Origin: Planctomycetota bacterium
GTDB lineage: Bacteria; Planctomycetota; UBA1135; UBA2386
Assembly: GCA_947501605.1 (NCBI GenBank)
Contig: CANMWZ010000011.1
Location: 44,228 to 108,227, forward strand
Reading direction: 5' to 3'
Length of the DNA: 64,000 nucleotides
The notes under the pieces are model-generated. The model was not told the DNA's origin, ran no database searches, and worked only from the letters and a program-made list of their open reading frames with translations. Positions 33,891-43,475 of this stretch are shown one piece after another. Positions within the stretch are counted from its first letter, which is position 1. Every line of letters starts with the position of its first letter. Position numbers and translations under genes: made by a program.

Positions 33891-34535
33891 TCAGAAGGTC
33901 AGCGAGGCGCCGAGCTGCAGGAACGAACCGAAGGCCTCGGTGTCGCCAGGATGGCCGTAGACCACACCGCCGCCGCCGAAGTCGAACGACAGGGATCGCG
34001 TCGGCCGGAACGACAGCAGCAAGCGCAACTGCGCCGCGCCTTCGCGAATCGAACGCAGAGAACCACCCGAGACATCGATGGCTGCCGCACCGAGACCGGC
34101 GCCGACGATGAGATCGAAGTTGCCACCGCCGTCGGCGAGCGGCACGCGCACGTCGAAGTCGAGGAACCCCGACTGCACGTCGATGTCGCTGGCGTCGTTG
34201 GAGAGCTCGAAGCCCTGGTAGCTGATCCCGATGCTCTGGTCGCGGTTGCCGACAGCGGCGCGCGCGCCGTAGCCGCTGCCGTCGGCGGCGCCGATGTCAC
34301 TGGTTGGCACCAGCGGATCATCGGAATCGAGTCGAAACCACGCGGCTGGTAACCACGCCGCCTCGACGACGAGGCGATCGCCCCACTGGCCACCGCCCGC
34401 TTGGTAGCGCGTTCCGTACCGCGGCTCTTGGGTTGCTACCGAGGCGAGCGGCAGCGTTTGGCACGACGCGAGCGCGAGCGCGACCAACAGCGCGAATACC
34501 AACGGAGTGGACAGCAACGAGGAGAACTTCGGCAT
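33891..34535 (-). CDS. Small outer-membrane beta-barrel-like protein
   Basis: Signal with LASC; amphipathic strands; ends FLQLGASLTF. Confidence 0.7.
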   Translation of the reverse strand: MPKFSSLLSTPLVFALLVALALASCQTLPLASVATQEPRYGTRYQAGGGQWGDRLVVEAAWLPAAWFRLDSDDPLVPTSDIGAADGSGYGARAAVGNRDQSIGISYQGFELSNDASDIDVQSGFLDFDVRVPLADGGGNFDLIVGAGLGAAAIDVSGGSLRSIREGAAQLRLLLSFRPTRSLSFDFGGGGVVYGHPGDTEAFGSFLQLGASLTF

Positions 34536-34624
34536 GGCATTCACGGCAACCACGGCGAAACATCAAAGCCGTGAGGGCAGCGCAAGTCCACGCCCCACAA
34601 CCGCGGATTCGAAGGCCGGCGCGC

Positions 34625-35818
34625 TCAGACTCCAGGGCCCCACGGGGTCGACTGCTGGCCCGGTCCACCGCGCCGAACAGCGCCTTCGCCATGGCGATCG
34701 CGGATCGCGTCCATGGCCGCGAGCACCTTCTGCGCCCGCATGTCGCGAACGGCGAAGAGCGACCCTTGCTTTGCCGCCGCCGCCGCACCGAGTCCCGCAG
34801 CCGTCACGCCGAGCAGGCGGATGCCGGGTCGGCCGCGCCAGCACGCGCGCAGCAAGTCCACCGCCGTGCGATACAACACCAGATCGTCCTGCGTCGCCTC
34901 GATGGTTCGCTGCCGCAGCAGTGTGGTGAAGTCGGGGTGGCGCAGCTTGAGCTTGACCACGCGCGCGCTGCGGTCCTGTTGGCGGAGGCGGCGGCCGACT
35001 TGTTCGCTGAGTTGCAGCAGCACCTGATGCGCCTGCTCGGCCGTGACGAGGTCCTGTTCGAAGGTCAACTCGTGACCGAGCGTCTTGGCTTCGCGCTCGC
35101 TCTCGACCGGTCGTGCGTCGAGACCGTTGGCCAGCACAAACAAGTGCGCCCCGAGATGCTCGCCGAAATCGCAGACCAGCTGCTCGTGCGACCGCGCCTG
35201 CACATCGCCAATCGTGCGCAACGATCGCGCCTGCAACAGCGGCTCGGTCTTCGCACCGATGCCCCACAAGCGTGACACCGGCAGCGGCGCCAGAAACGCG
35301 CGCTCCTGCCCGGGCGGAACCACGACAAGACCGTCGGGTTTGCGAACATCGCTGGCCACCTTGGCGACGAACTTGCAGGAGGCAACGCCGACCGAGACGG
35401 TGAGCTGCACGGCTGCGAACACGTCGCGACGGATCATCGCGGCAATCGCCGCCCCATCGCCGAACAACGGTTCGCACCCGGTTACGTCGAGGAAGGCCTC
35501 GTCCAACGACAGCGGTTCGATGCGGTCGGTGTAGCGAGCGAACACGGACTGCACCGCTTGGCTGACCGCCTCGTAAACCTGCGGCCGCGGGCGCACGAAG
35601 ATGCCGTGCGGACACAGCTGCTTTGCGCGCACGCCCGGCATCGCCGAGTGCACGCCGAACGCGCGCGCCTCGTAGCTCGCCGTGGCCACCACCTGCCGCG
35701 GTCCGGATCCGCCAATGATCACCGGTTTGCCGCGCAACTCGGGACGGTCGCGCTGCTCGATGGCCGCATAGAACGCGTCCATGTCGGCATGAAGGATCGT
35801 GCGCGGGGAGTCCGCCAT
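34625..35818 (-). CDS. dinB: DNA polymerase IV
   Basis: HADMDAFYA, SYEAR, SLDEAFLD, KPDG and LWGIG motifs. Confidence 0.95.
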   Translation of the reverse strand: MADSPRTILHADMDAFYAAIEQRDRPELRGKPVIIGGSGPRQVVATASYEARAFGVHSAMPGVRAKQLCPHGIFVRPRPQVYEAVSQAVQSVFARYTDRIEPLSLDEAFLDVTGCEPLFGDGAAIAAMIRRDVFAAVQLTVSVGVASCKFVAKVASDVRKPDGLVVVPPGQERAFLAPLPVSRLWGIGAKTEPLLQARSLRTIGDVQARSHEQLVCDFGEHLGAHLFVLANGLDARPVESEREAKTLGHELTFEQDLVTAEQAHQVLLQLSEQVGRRLRQQDRSARVVKLKLRHPDFTTLLRQRTIEATQDDLVLYRTAVDLLRACWRGRPGIRLLGVTAAGLGAAAAAKQGSLFAVRDMRAQKVLAAMDAIRDRHGEGAVRRGGPGQQSTPWGPGV

Positions 35819-36303
35819 CTTCAGCAGTGTCGCAAGCACGACGGCTCCAGACCATGGTGCCGAACGTCGCGCACTCCAATAGGCAGTTTCCACCGGCCGC
35901 CGCCGGGTTCGCGGCGCCTGGCTCGCAGCTCCTACTCCGGCTAGGAGCGCCTGCAGCCCACCCGGCCGCGGAGCCGGGAAGGGTCGCCTAGTCCTGGGGG
36001 CTCGACGCCGGCGGAAATGCCACCAACGTCACCGCCGGGTTCGCAGCCGCCCAGAAGGCGATGGAGGAGTCCGACGCGGCAGTCTTGGCGATGGCCGGCA
36101 CACATCGACCTGCGGGGGAATTGCCGGTCGCAGCGTGCGCTTTGTGAATTCTGGCTCTTGGGACAGGGCAGGAAGTTCTCATCGTGCTCGCCGCCCCTAC
36201 CATCCAACGCTCCGCCGCGGCCCGAACCGCGAAGCTGGCCACAGCTTGCCGCATCGCACGGCGAGGGCAGAATCAGCGGATCCGCAGTCACTTTGCCCTG
36301 TCC

Positions 36304-36900
36304 GTGCACGAGAACACCCGCAGCCTCGTCGCCCGCGCGCTCGCCAACGACGGCGACGCCGTGGAGACCCTGTTCCAGCGCTATCGCGAACGACTGCGCT
36401 CGGCGCTACGTAAACTCGTGGGCCCAAAGTACCGCCTGCTGCTGGCGGACAGCGACGACGCCACGCAAGACGCCATCCTCTCGGCGCTGCGCCGCCTGGG
36501 GCAGTTCGAGTACCGGGGCGACGGCTCCTTCCTCGCGTGGCTGCTGAAGGGCGCCGAGTTCGAGATCCTGCGCCGGGTGCGCGCGCTCGAGACCCGCAAG
36601 CGTTCGGGCCCGCAGCGCGACGTCGAACTCGACACGCAGCTCGTCCGCATGCTGCCGGGGGATGACAAGACCCCTGCCGACCTAGTCGCCGAACAGGAAA
36701 TGGCGGAGCGCGTGCGCGCAGCACTTACCCGCCTGCCCGATCGCGAACGCGAGGTCATCATGCTGCGGCGCTACCTCGAACTCGACAACGAGGAGATCTG
36801 CAACGAACTCGGCCTGCCAACCGCCGGCGCCGTGCGCGCTCTGCTGTCGCGCGCCCAGGCCCGCTTGTCCGACATGCTCGCCGACGAAGAGGACTCCTGA
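36304..36900 (+). CDS. ECF RNA polymerase sigma factor
   Basis: Sigma-2 region (LFQRYRERL, DSDDATQD, FLAWL) and sigma-4 region (LTRLPDREREVIMLR..EEI..LG..AVRALLSRA); GTG start assumed. Confidence 0.9.
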   Translation: MHENTRSLVARALANDGDAVETLFQRYRERLRSALRKLVGPKYRLLLADSDDATQDAILSALRRLGQFEYRGDGSFLAWLLKGAEFEILRRVRALETRKRSGPQRDVELDTQLVRMLPGDDKTPADLVAEQEMAERVRAALTRLPDREREVIMLRRYLELDNEEICNELGLPTAGAVRALLSRAQARLSDMLADEEDS

Positions 36901-36901
36901 C

Positions 36902-39900
36902 ATGCAACCAGGCGGCGACAACCTGCCGGCACACGCCGAGGACAGCGACCTGGTTCAGCGCGCGGTCGAGACCTTCATCGACCTGCGCGGCAAGCAACCC
37001 GACCTCGAGCCAAGCGCATTCGCGAGTGACTACCCGGCCAATCTGCGCAAGAAGATCAGCTCGCGCTGCCGTCACTTCTTGCAGTTCGACGACTTCCTCG
37101 GCCACGTGCGCCATGACGACGGTCGCGACGCCGCGCCCTCTGGCCGCAAGTTCGGCGAATACGTCATCGAAGAGGAACTCGGTCGCGGCGGCATGGGCGT
37201 CGTCTATCTCGCGACCCAGCCGTCGCTGCGCCGGCGCATCGCACTGAAGGTACTGGCCAGCGGGCTGGCGCTGAGTTCGCGCCACGTCGAGCGCTTCCGG
37301 CGCGAGGCTGCCGCCGCCGCGAGCCTGCGACATCCAGCGATCGTGCCAGTGCACGGCTTCTGCGAGGTCGACGGCACCTTCGCCTTCGCGATGGACTTCG
37401 TGCCCGGCCGCAACCTCGGCGTCGTGATCGACGAACTGCGTCTGCAGAACGGCAGCACCTCGCTGGGCATCGACGGGTCGCTCGGCCTCAAGAAGGACGG
37501 CGAACGCGACCAGAGCTACGTCGCCGAGTGTGCTCGGCTGTGCGCGCAGTTGGCCTCAGCGCTCGTGGTCGCGCACCAAGCCGGAATCGCGCACCGCGAC
37601 CTCAAGCCGCGCAACATCATGATCGACGACCGACGGCAGCCGCGACTGCTCGACTTCGGTCTCGCCAAGCAACTCGGTGACGACAGCCTCACCGGGTCGC
37701 TCGACATCACGGGCACCGTGCACTACATGAGCCCGGAGCAGACGCTGCAGAAGAAGGTCGTGCAGGACCATCGCACCGACATCTTCTCGCTCGGCGTCAT
37801 CCTCTACGAACTGCTGACGCTGGCGCGGCCGTTCGACGGCAAGAACATGCAGCAGATCGTCTACGAGATCTGCTTTCGCGATCCGCTGCCGATCCACAAG
37901 CGCAACGCCCGCGTGCCGCGCGACCTCGTCACCATCTGCGACAAGGCGCTCGAGAAGGACCCTCAGAATCGCTACCAGACGGCGGCCGAGTTCGAAGCGG
38001 ATCTGCAGCGGTTCCTGCACCTCGAACCGATCCACGCGAAGCCGGCAAGCATGGCCTTGCGCCTGTCGAAGTGGGCGCAGCGCAACCGCGCCGCAGTGAT
38101 CGTCGGTGGCACGCTCGCATTCGCAACCCTGGTGATCGCCGCCGCCAACGCCGCCAGTGCCGCCGAACGCGATGCGCAGGCCCGCTTGCTGCTGCAACAA
38201 GCCGACGTCGCGGCAACTGGCGCCGACCACAGCCGGGCGATCGACCTCGCGACCGAGGCACTGAAGCTGCTACCCGAGGACGCCACCGTGCAAGACCGGC
38301 TGAAGTTGCTGCGCAGCAACGGGGAACTCGCGGCCACGGACGATCTGCGGCGCAAGGCCGAGGCCAACGTGTTGATGCTGCGGAGCCGCCAGAAGGTGGG
38401 AGTCGAACGCGATGCCTCGCTGCGCCTCGCCTTGGAGGCCGTCGCTCTCGACGATGGGCCGGTCAGTCGTGGCGCCGTGCTGTCGGCGCTCGCTTCGGGC
38501 TACCGCACCACCGAGTTCGATGCGCTGCGCGCGACGGCGCTGATCGTGCCGAACGCCGATGGCGCAATGGTCGCAACCGTGAGTCTGTTCGGTCCAGCAA
38601 GACTGTGGGACGCGAAGACCGGCCTTGAGTTGCGCGAACTCGTCGGCCGCGACCTCGCACTCTGTGCCCGCTTTCATCCCGATGGCCTGCGAGTCGCGAC
38701 CGGCGATCGCCAAGGGGCAACCTTGTGGCGCGCGACCGATGGCAAGGAACTCCGCCACTATGACCGGCCCGGGAGCGTGTATGGGGTTCACTTCGACCGC
38801 AGCGGCAAGAGGCTGTTGACCACCGACAACCTGCACCCAGAACGCACCGAGTTCGCCGTCGTCGTCTGGGACACCGAGTCCGGCGCCGAGCTCGCCTCGA
38901 TGCGCGGACCGCGCTGGTCGCAGGAATGCGCGATCAGCGACGACGGCAGCCTCGTCGCCAGCTGCGGCCAACCGGGCTACGTGCAACTCTGGCGCGCCGA
39001 GTCAGGCCAGCAGATCGCGCGTTTGCCGATCGACGGTCACGTGACCAGCCTGCACTTCGCGCCGATCGAGCGCACTGCCGATCCGACGACTGCGCCGCGG
39101 CGCCTCGCGGTCGCCAGCAGCAGCGGTGAGGTGCGCATGTTTGCGATCCCAACCGGGGCGCTGCTGGCATCGACGCGCTTTGGCCGCGCCGCCTTCTGCG
39201 TGCGGTTCTCGCCGGATGGCAACCATCTGCTGGCAACGGGCGCCGATGGCAGTGCGCGCGTCTTCGACGTCGCCCTTGCTGCCGACCAGCCCGACCGCGT
39301 CGTCGAGGCCGCGGCCACGCGCAAAGAGCCCGTCGCGGCTGCTGGGCTAGCACCACTGCGCGAGGAGCTGCTGCTCTCAGGCCACGGAGCCGAGGTCTTT
39401 GCTGGCGAGTACGACGCCACGGGCGGCCGCATCGTCACCGCCTGCTTTGACGGCGTGCTGCGCGTGTTCGACGCGAACAGCGGCGCGGAACGACTGCGTC
39501 ACGAAGCCGGCGGGCCGCTGCATTCTGCCGCGTTCGCTCCCGGTGGACAGCGCGTGCTGTTCGAGGCCGCAGGTCGGAACACCTACGCCATCGACTTCGA
39601 CGCTGCGCGCGGCATGCTCCGATTGCCGCACCGCGAATGGAGCCTCGCCGCGCGCTTCCATCCCACCCTGCCGTTGCTGTTCACGGCGGCCGGCGACCTC
39701 GATGCGTATCTCGCGGTCTGGAACACAGGTGACGGCTCTCTGCTGCGCACCATCCGCGGACTGCCGCAAGGCGACGGCATCGTCGCACTCGAGCTCGATG
39801 CAACCGGGCAGCGCGCTGTGCTAGGGACCTTTTCAGGTCGTGCGACCGTCTTGGATCTGCAGAGTGACACCGTGATCTGGTCCACGCAGAACGACGACAA

Positions 39901-40597
39901 GCAACTGGAGTCGGCGGCCTTTTCGGCCGACGGGCGCCTGTGCGTGTTCGCCTCGCTGCGGACCGGTCGCGTGCGCGTGCGCGACGCCAGCAACGGCACG
40001 CAGGTATTGCAGCTCGACCTTCCGGCTGGGGCGCGGACTGCAGCGCTGTCCATCGACGGTGCAGTGCTCGCCACCGCGGCGCGCGATGATGGCAGGGTGC
40101 GCCTGTGGTCGGTCAAGGACAGCGCCCCGCTCGGCGAGCTCAACGGGCACACCGGCCCAGTGCGTTCGGTGCGCTACCTTCGCGACGGTCGCCACCTGCT
40201 GACGGCGAGCGAAGACGGCACGGCCCGGTTGTGGAGCATCGACGGTGCGCTGGTGCGGACCTTCCCCGCTGGCGAACCGCTGGCGATGGCGGAGATCTCG
40301 CAGGACGGCTCGACGCTGCTTTGCGGCAACACCCTGAGCCGGGACTGCACGGTGTTCGTGTTCGACGCCACCACCGGGGCAGAACGCTTGCGCAGCCCGA
40401 TGCATGGCTCGCGCCTGCGTTCGATTGCATTGAGTGCCGACGGCCGCCTGGCGGCAACCTGCGGCTCCGAACAGTCGGCGCGCCTGTGGCCGACCGACCC
40501 GGTCGCGGTGGCGCGCCAACTGCTGCAGCAACCCGACTCTGCCGCGCCGGCGCAACGTGAGGTTGCAGCGCCCGCGCCTACCACTTCCCCACGCTGA
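36902..40597 (+). CDS. Ser/Thr protein kinase with a TM segment and WD40 repeats
   Basis: LGRGGMGVVY, ALK, HRDLKPRN, DFGLA, GTVHYMSPEQ and DIFSLG motifs; GH...WD-type repeats. Confidence 0.95.
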   Translation: MQPGGDNLPAHAEDSDLVQRAVETFIDLRGKQPDLEPSAFASDYPANLRKKISSRCRHFLQFDDFLGHVRHDDGRDAAPSGRKFGEYVIEEELGRGGMGVVYLATQPSLRRRIALKVLASGLALSSRHVERFRREAAAAASLRHPAIVPVHGFCEVDGTFAFAMDFVPGRNLGVVIDELRLQNGSTSLGIDGSLGLKKDGERDQSYVAECARLCAQLASALVVAHQAGIAHRDLKPRNIMIDDRRQPRLLDFGLAKQLGDDSLTGSLDITGTVHYMSPEQTLQKKVVQDHRTDIFSLGVILYELLTLARPFDGKNMQQIVYEICFRDPLPIHKRNARVPRDLVTICDKALEKDPQNRYQTAAEFEADLQRFLHLEPIHAKPASMALRLSKWAQRNRAAVIVGGTLAFATLVIAAANAASAAERDAQARLLLQQADVAATGADHSRAIDLATEALKLLPEDATVQDRLKLLRSNGELAATDDLRRKAEANVLMLRSRQKVGVERDASLRLALEAVALDDGPVSRGAVLSALASGYRTTEFDALRATALIVPNADGAMVATVSLFGPARLWDAKTGLELRELVGRDLALCARFHPDGLRVATGDRQGATLWRATDGKELRHYDRPGSVYGVHFDRSGKRLLTTDNLHPERTEFAVVVWDTESGAELASMRGPRWSQECAISDDGSLVASCGQPGYVQLWRAESGQQIARLPIDGHVTSLHFAPIERTADPTTAPRRLAVASSSGEVRMFAIPTGALLASTRFGRAAFCVRFSPDGNHLLATGADGSARVFDVALAADQPDRVVEAAATRKEPVAAAGLAPLREELLLSGHGAEVFAGEYDATGGRIVTACFDGVLRVFDANSGAERLRHEAGGPLHSAAFAPGGQRVLFEAAGRNTYAIDFDAARGMLRLPHREWSLAARFHPTLPLLFTAAGDLDAYLAVWNTGDGSLLRTIRGLPQGDGIVALELDATGQRAVLGTFSGRATVLDLQSDTVIWSTQNDDKQLESAAFSADGRLCVFASLRTGRVRVRDASNGTQVLQLDLPAGARTAALSIDGAVLATAARDDGRVRLWSVKDSAPLGELNGHTGPVRSVRYLRDGRHLLTASEDGTARLWSIDGALVRTFPAGEPLAMAEISQDGSTLLCGNTLSRDCTVFVFDATTGAERLRSPMHGSRLRSIALSADGRLAATCGSEQSARLWPTDPVAVARQLLQQPDSAAPAQREVAAPAPTTSPR

Positions 40598-40623
40598 CCT
40601 GCACCCCGGTACGATCCACGGCC

Positions 40624-42489
40624 ATGACCCTCCCCCTTCACCGCACGGCAACGTTCCTCCTGCTGTCGAGCGCGCTCGCAGCCCAGATCCCGGAAGATCC
40701 GCCACCGTGGTGGGGCTACGGCGGCGACGACGAGACGGTCAGCCTGTACTGGGACTTCGCCAACTCCGTGGCGCCGCTGGTGCCGACCGCGCAGGTACTG
40801 CCAAGCTGGTACGCCCCGCCGCCTGGCCCAGGCATGTTCACCAACTCAGGCAACGTCACCTGGGTCGCCCAAGTGAACGGCCAGAGTGGCGTGCTCGGCC
40901 TCACGGGTGCGGGCTCTGGCACCATCTCGGCGCTCGTCGACAACGATCCGCAGCCGACCCACACCAAGACGGTGTTCCTGCAGTACGACTCGTTCGCCAG
41001 CAACGGCAGCGCGGTCAAGCTCACCCTGGGCAAGGACCTGCTGAAGTACAAACGACGCATCCTCGACGAGTCGAGCAAGGTGCTCGGCAACGGCTGGGTC
41101 CAAACCACCGTGAAGATGGAACTGACGCCGCAGCCTGACAGCGAGGTGGTGAGCTTCTCGCTCTTCCAGTCCGCCACAGGCCTAGCCGCCATCGACAACC
41201 TCTACGTCAATACCCACTGCGACAAGTGGGATGGCGGCAAGGAGGGCGAAGCGATCGGGGAGATCGACACGGGCTCGCTCAACATCGACCTCGGCACCGC
41301 GACCGCCGGCGCCCAATGCACGGCGGTAGCCGCGACCGAGAACCTCGCCGGCGTTCTCACGTACTGGGTCGCAGGCCGTGGCACATCGGGGGACCAACTC
41401 TTCGTACTCGGCGCCGCCGGCACGCAGGTCTCTGCACCGGTGAGTTATCCGGCCGGTGTGTCCTCACTCGAAGGCGCCTCCGACCTCGCGGTCGCCGAGA
41501 TCCCGAACCCGTTGGGCACTGCGCAGACCTTCGTCTATGGCATCGTCGATCGCCGCGGCACCAACGGCACCGTTGCGATCTTCGCGGTCGATGCGAACAG
41601 CCCGACCCCGGTACTGGTTCCAGCGCGAACCGTGGTTACGGCGGCGATCACGGGCCCGGGCCCGCTCGGCCTCGCCTTCTCCCGATTCGGCAATGGCGGT
41701 CTTGGTTCGCTGTGGGTGAGTGACCAGAACGGCTTCGTCACCGAACTCACGCTCACCGGCCTGCCGGTGCGACAACTCTCGCCGGCGCTGAACGGCACGC
41801 CAGTCGGCATCTCGGGGGCTGCGTTCGACGACAAGACGGGTCAGTTCTACTGGTTCAGCCAGGCGCCGCGCGCGACCCCGGCGGGCCTGCTGCGCATCAA
41901 CGGGTTCGTCCACGACGGCTACTCGCTGCAGCGCACCGGGATCGAATGGATCGCCGACCGCAGCCTCGCGAGCCCCTTTGGCCCGGGCGGCGTGGCCCGC
42001 GGCCTGGAAGTGCTGCGGCGCAGCAACGGCGACGTGCGCCTTCTGTGCGTACAGCAGCTCGGGGTGTCCTCCCGGCTCACGGTCCTGAAGGGCCCCTTCC
42101 AGTTCGGCCTCGGTCATCTCGGTCGAATGGACATGCGCGGTGGTCTGCCCGCGTTCGGCAACGTCAACTTCCAGGCGCACCTAAGCGGCTGCCCCACCGC
42201 GGTAGCGGCCATCCTCTACCTCGGCTTCTCCAACACATTGACCGGCGGCGTGCCGCTGCCGATCGACCTGACTCCTCTGGGTCTCGACGAGAGCGATCTC
42301 GCGATCGATCCGGCCATGTCGTTCCCGCTGCAATTCTTCGCCAACGGCACTACCTCGCAACCGATCCCGCTGCCGCCGCCGAGCATCGTGTTCCAGAACG
42401 TCCCGGCGTACTTCCAATGGCTCGTGCTCGATCCGACAGCGATCACGGGCATGGCCACCTCACAGGCCGGCGAGACGATCCTCTACTGA
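40624..42489 (+). CDS. Secreted beta-rich protein with a conserved C-terminal domain
   Basis: Signal peptide ALAA|Q; propeller-like middle; C-terminus similar to that of 27871..29859. Confidence 0.8.
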   Translation: MTLPLHRTATFLLLSSALAAQIPEDPPPWWGYGGDDETVSLYWDFANSVAPLVPTAQVLPSWYAPPPGPGMFTNSGNVTWVAQVNGQSGVLGLTGAGSGTISALVDNDPQPTHTKTVFLQYDSFASNGSAVKLTLGKDLLKYKRRILDESSKVLGNGWVQTTVKMELTPQPDSEVVSFSLFQSATGLAAIDNLYVNTHCDKWDGGKEGEAIGEIDTGSLNIDLGTATAGAQCTAVAATENLAGVLTYWVAGRGTSGDQLFVLGAAGTQVSAPVSYPAGVSSLEGASDLAVAEIPNPLGTAQTFVYGIVDRRGTNGTVAIFAVDANSPTPVLVPARTVVTAAITGPGPLGLAFSRFGNGGLGSLWVSDQNGFVTELTLTGLPVRQLSPALNGTPVGISGAAFDDKTGQFYWFSQAPRATPAGLLRINGFVHDGYSLQRTGIEWIADRSLASPFGPGGVARGLEVLRRSNGDVRLLCVQQLGVSSRLTVLKGPFQFGLGHLGRMDMRGGLPAFGNVNFQAHLSGCPTAVAAILYLGFSNTLTGGVPLPIDLTPLGLDESDLAIDPAMSFPLQFFANGTTSQPIPLPPPSIVFQNVPAYFQWLVLDPTAITGMATSQAGETILY

Positions 42490-42563
42490 TCCCATCGGTA
42501 AAGGCGACGGACTGCGGACGGACACGCACCACCCCGCCCACGGATGCGAGGCTCGCGACCGCC

Positions 42564-43475
42564 TCAGCGGCCGCCGTCAGGTCTTTGGGGATCTGAAGGC
42601 TTCTGCGGCTCGGAAGGCCGTGCCGCCTCGGCAGGCCCTTTCGGCACTGCGAGCTTCGCTTCGGCGGCAAGCCGCGCTTCGCGCTGCTGCACAAGCTCAG
42701 GCTTGTGCTTGTGGAACGTGAACTGCACCTCGGTGCCACGCGCCGGCACGTTCTCGGTCAGGGTCCAGTTCTCGTCATCGCGCGCCCGCTCGTGCTTCAT
42801 CGTGCCGAGATGATTGTCCGGCGTGAGGTAGCACAAGCTCACGATGTTGCCCTCGAAGTCGGCCACGTAGACCTCAGGTTCGTTGCGATAGAGGGGGGCC
42901 ATGCGACCGCCGAGGAAGATCCACTGCGCATTCGCAAGCGGTGCCTGCGCCGTCAGGTCGGCAACGAGGTCTTCGATGCAGTGCACCACCGGCTTGCCCT
43001 GGTCGTCCTTCCACGTCACGGTCATGAAGAACTCCTGGCCGGCGGGCGGTGTAATCTCGATCGGATCAGCGCCCTTTTCGATCTCCTCTAGAGACGGTGG
43101 CGGGGTCTTTTCGCGGAAGGTCGCGTTCTTGCCGGGCTCGAGCCCGAGCAGCAGCAACGCCGCATTGAGGATGCTCGGTTTGCTGTCGGTGAAGAACAGT
43201 GCCTCGTGCTTCTTACCCTTGCGATGGATGAGCAGGTACTCGATCGCGTCGGGAGGCGCGATGACCACGGCAGGCACCGTGACCGTGCCGGCCTTCAGGT
43301 CGATCGCGATCTTCTCCTTGGCGAACTGAGCCTGGATGTCGCCTGCGAGTTGCTGGCCTTCGGCAGCAGCGGCGGACTTCGGCAGCGCCGGCACTGGTTT
43401 CTGGTCCTGCCCAATGCAGCACGACGCACAACTCACGAACACGAACGAGAGGACAGCAGGCAGTGAAGTCATCAT
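42564..43475 (-). CDS. Exported YdjY-like domain protein
   Basis: IEYLL...GKKHEALF...LNAALLLLGLEPG and WIFLGG resemble the YdjY family; ATGA overlap with the upstream gene. Confidence 0.7.
   Translation of the reverse strand: MMTSLPAVLSFVFVSCASCCIGQDQKPVPALPKSAAAAEGQQLAGDIQAQFAKEKIAIDLKAGTVTVPAVVIAPPDAIEYLLIHRKGKKHEALFFTDSKPSILNAALLLLGLEPGKNATFREKTPPPSLEEIEKGADPIEITPPAGQEFFMTVTWKDDQGKPVVHCIEDLVADLTAQAPLANAQWIFLGGRMAPLYRNEPEVYVADFEGNIVSLCYLTPDNHLGTMKHERARDDENWTLTENVPARGTEVQFTFHKHKPELVQQREARLAAEAKLAVPKGPAEAARPSEPQKPSDPQRPDGGR

Noticed and set aside
35894..36303. Small ORFs or an SOS box between dinB and the ECF sigma gene
   Set aside because: No convincing coding signal and no recognisable LexA palindrome
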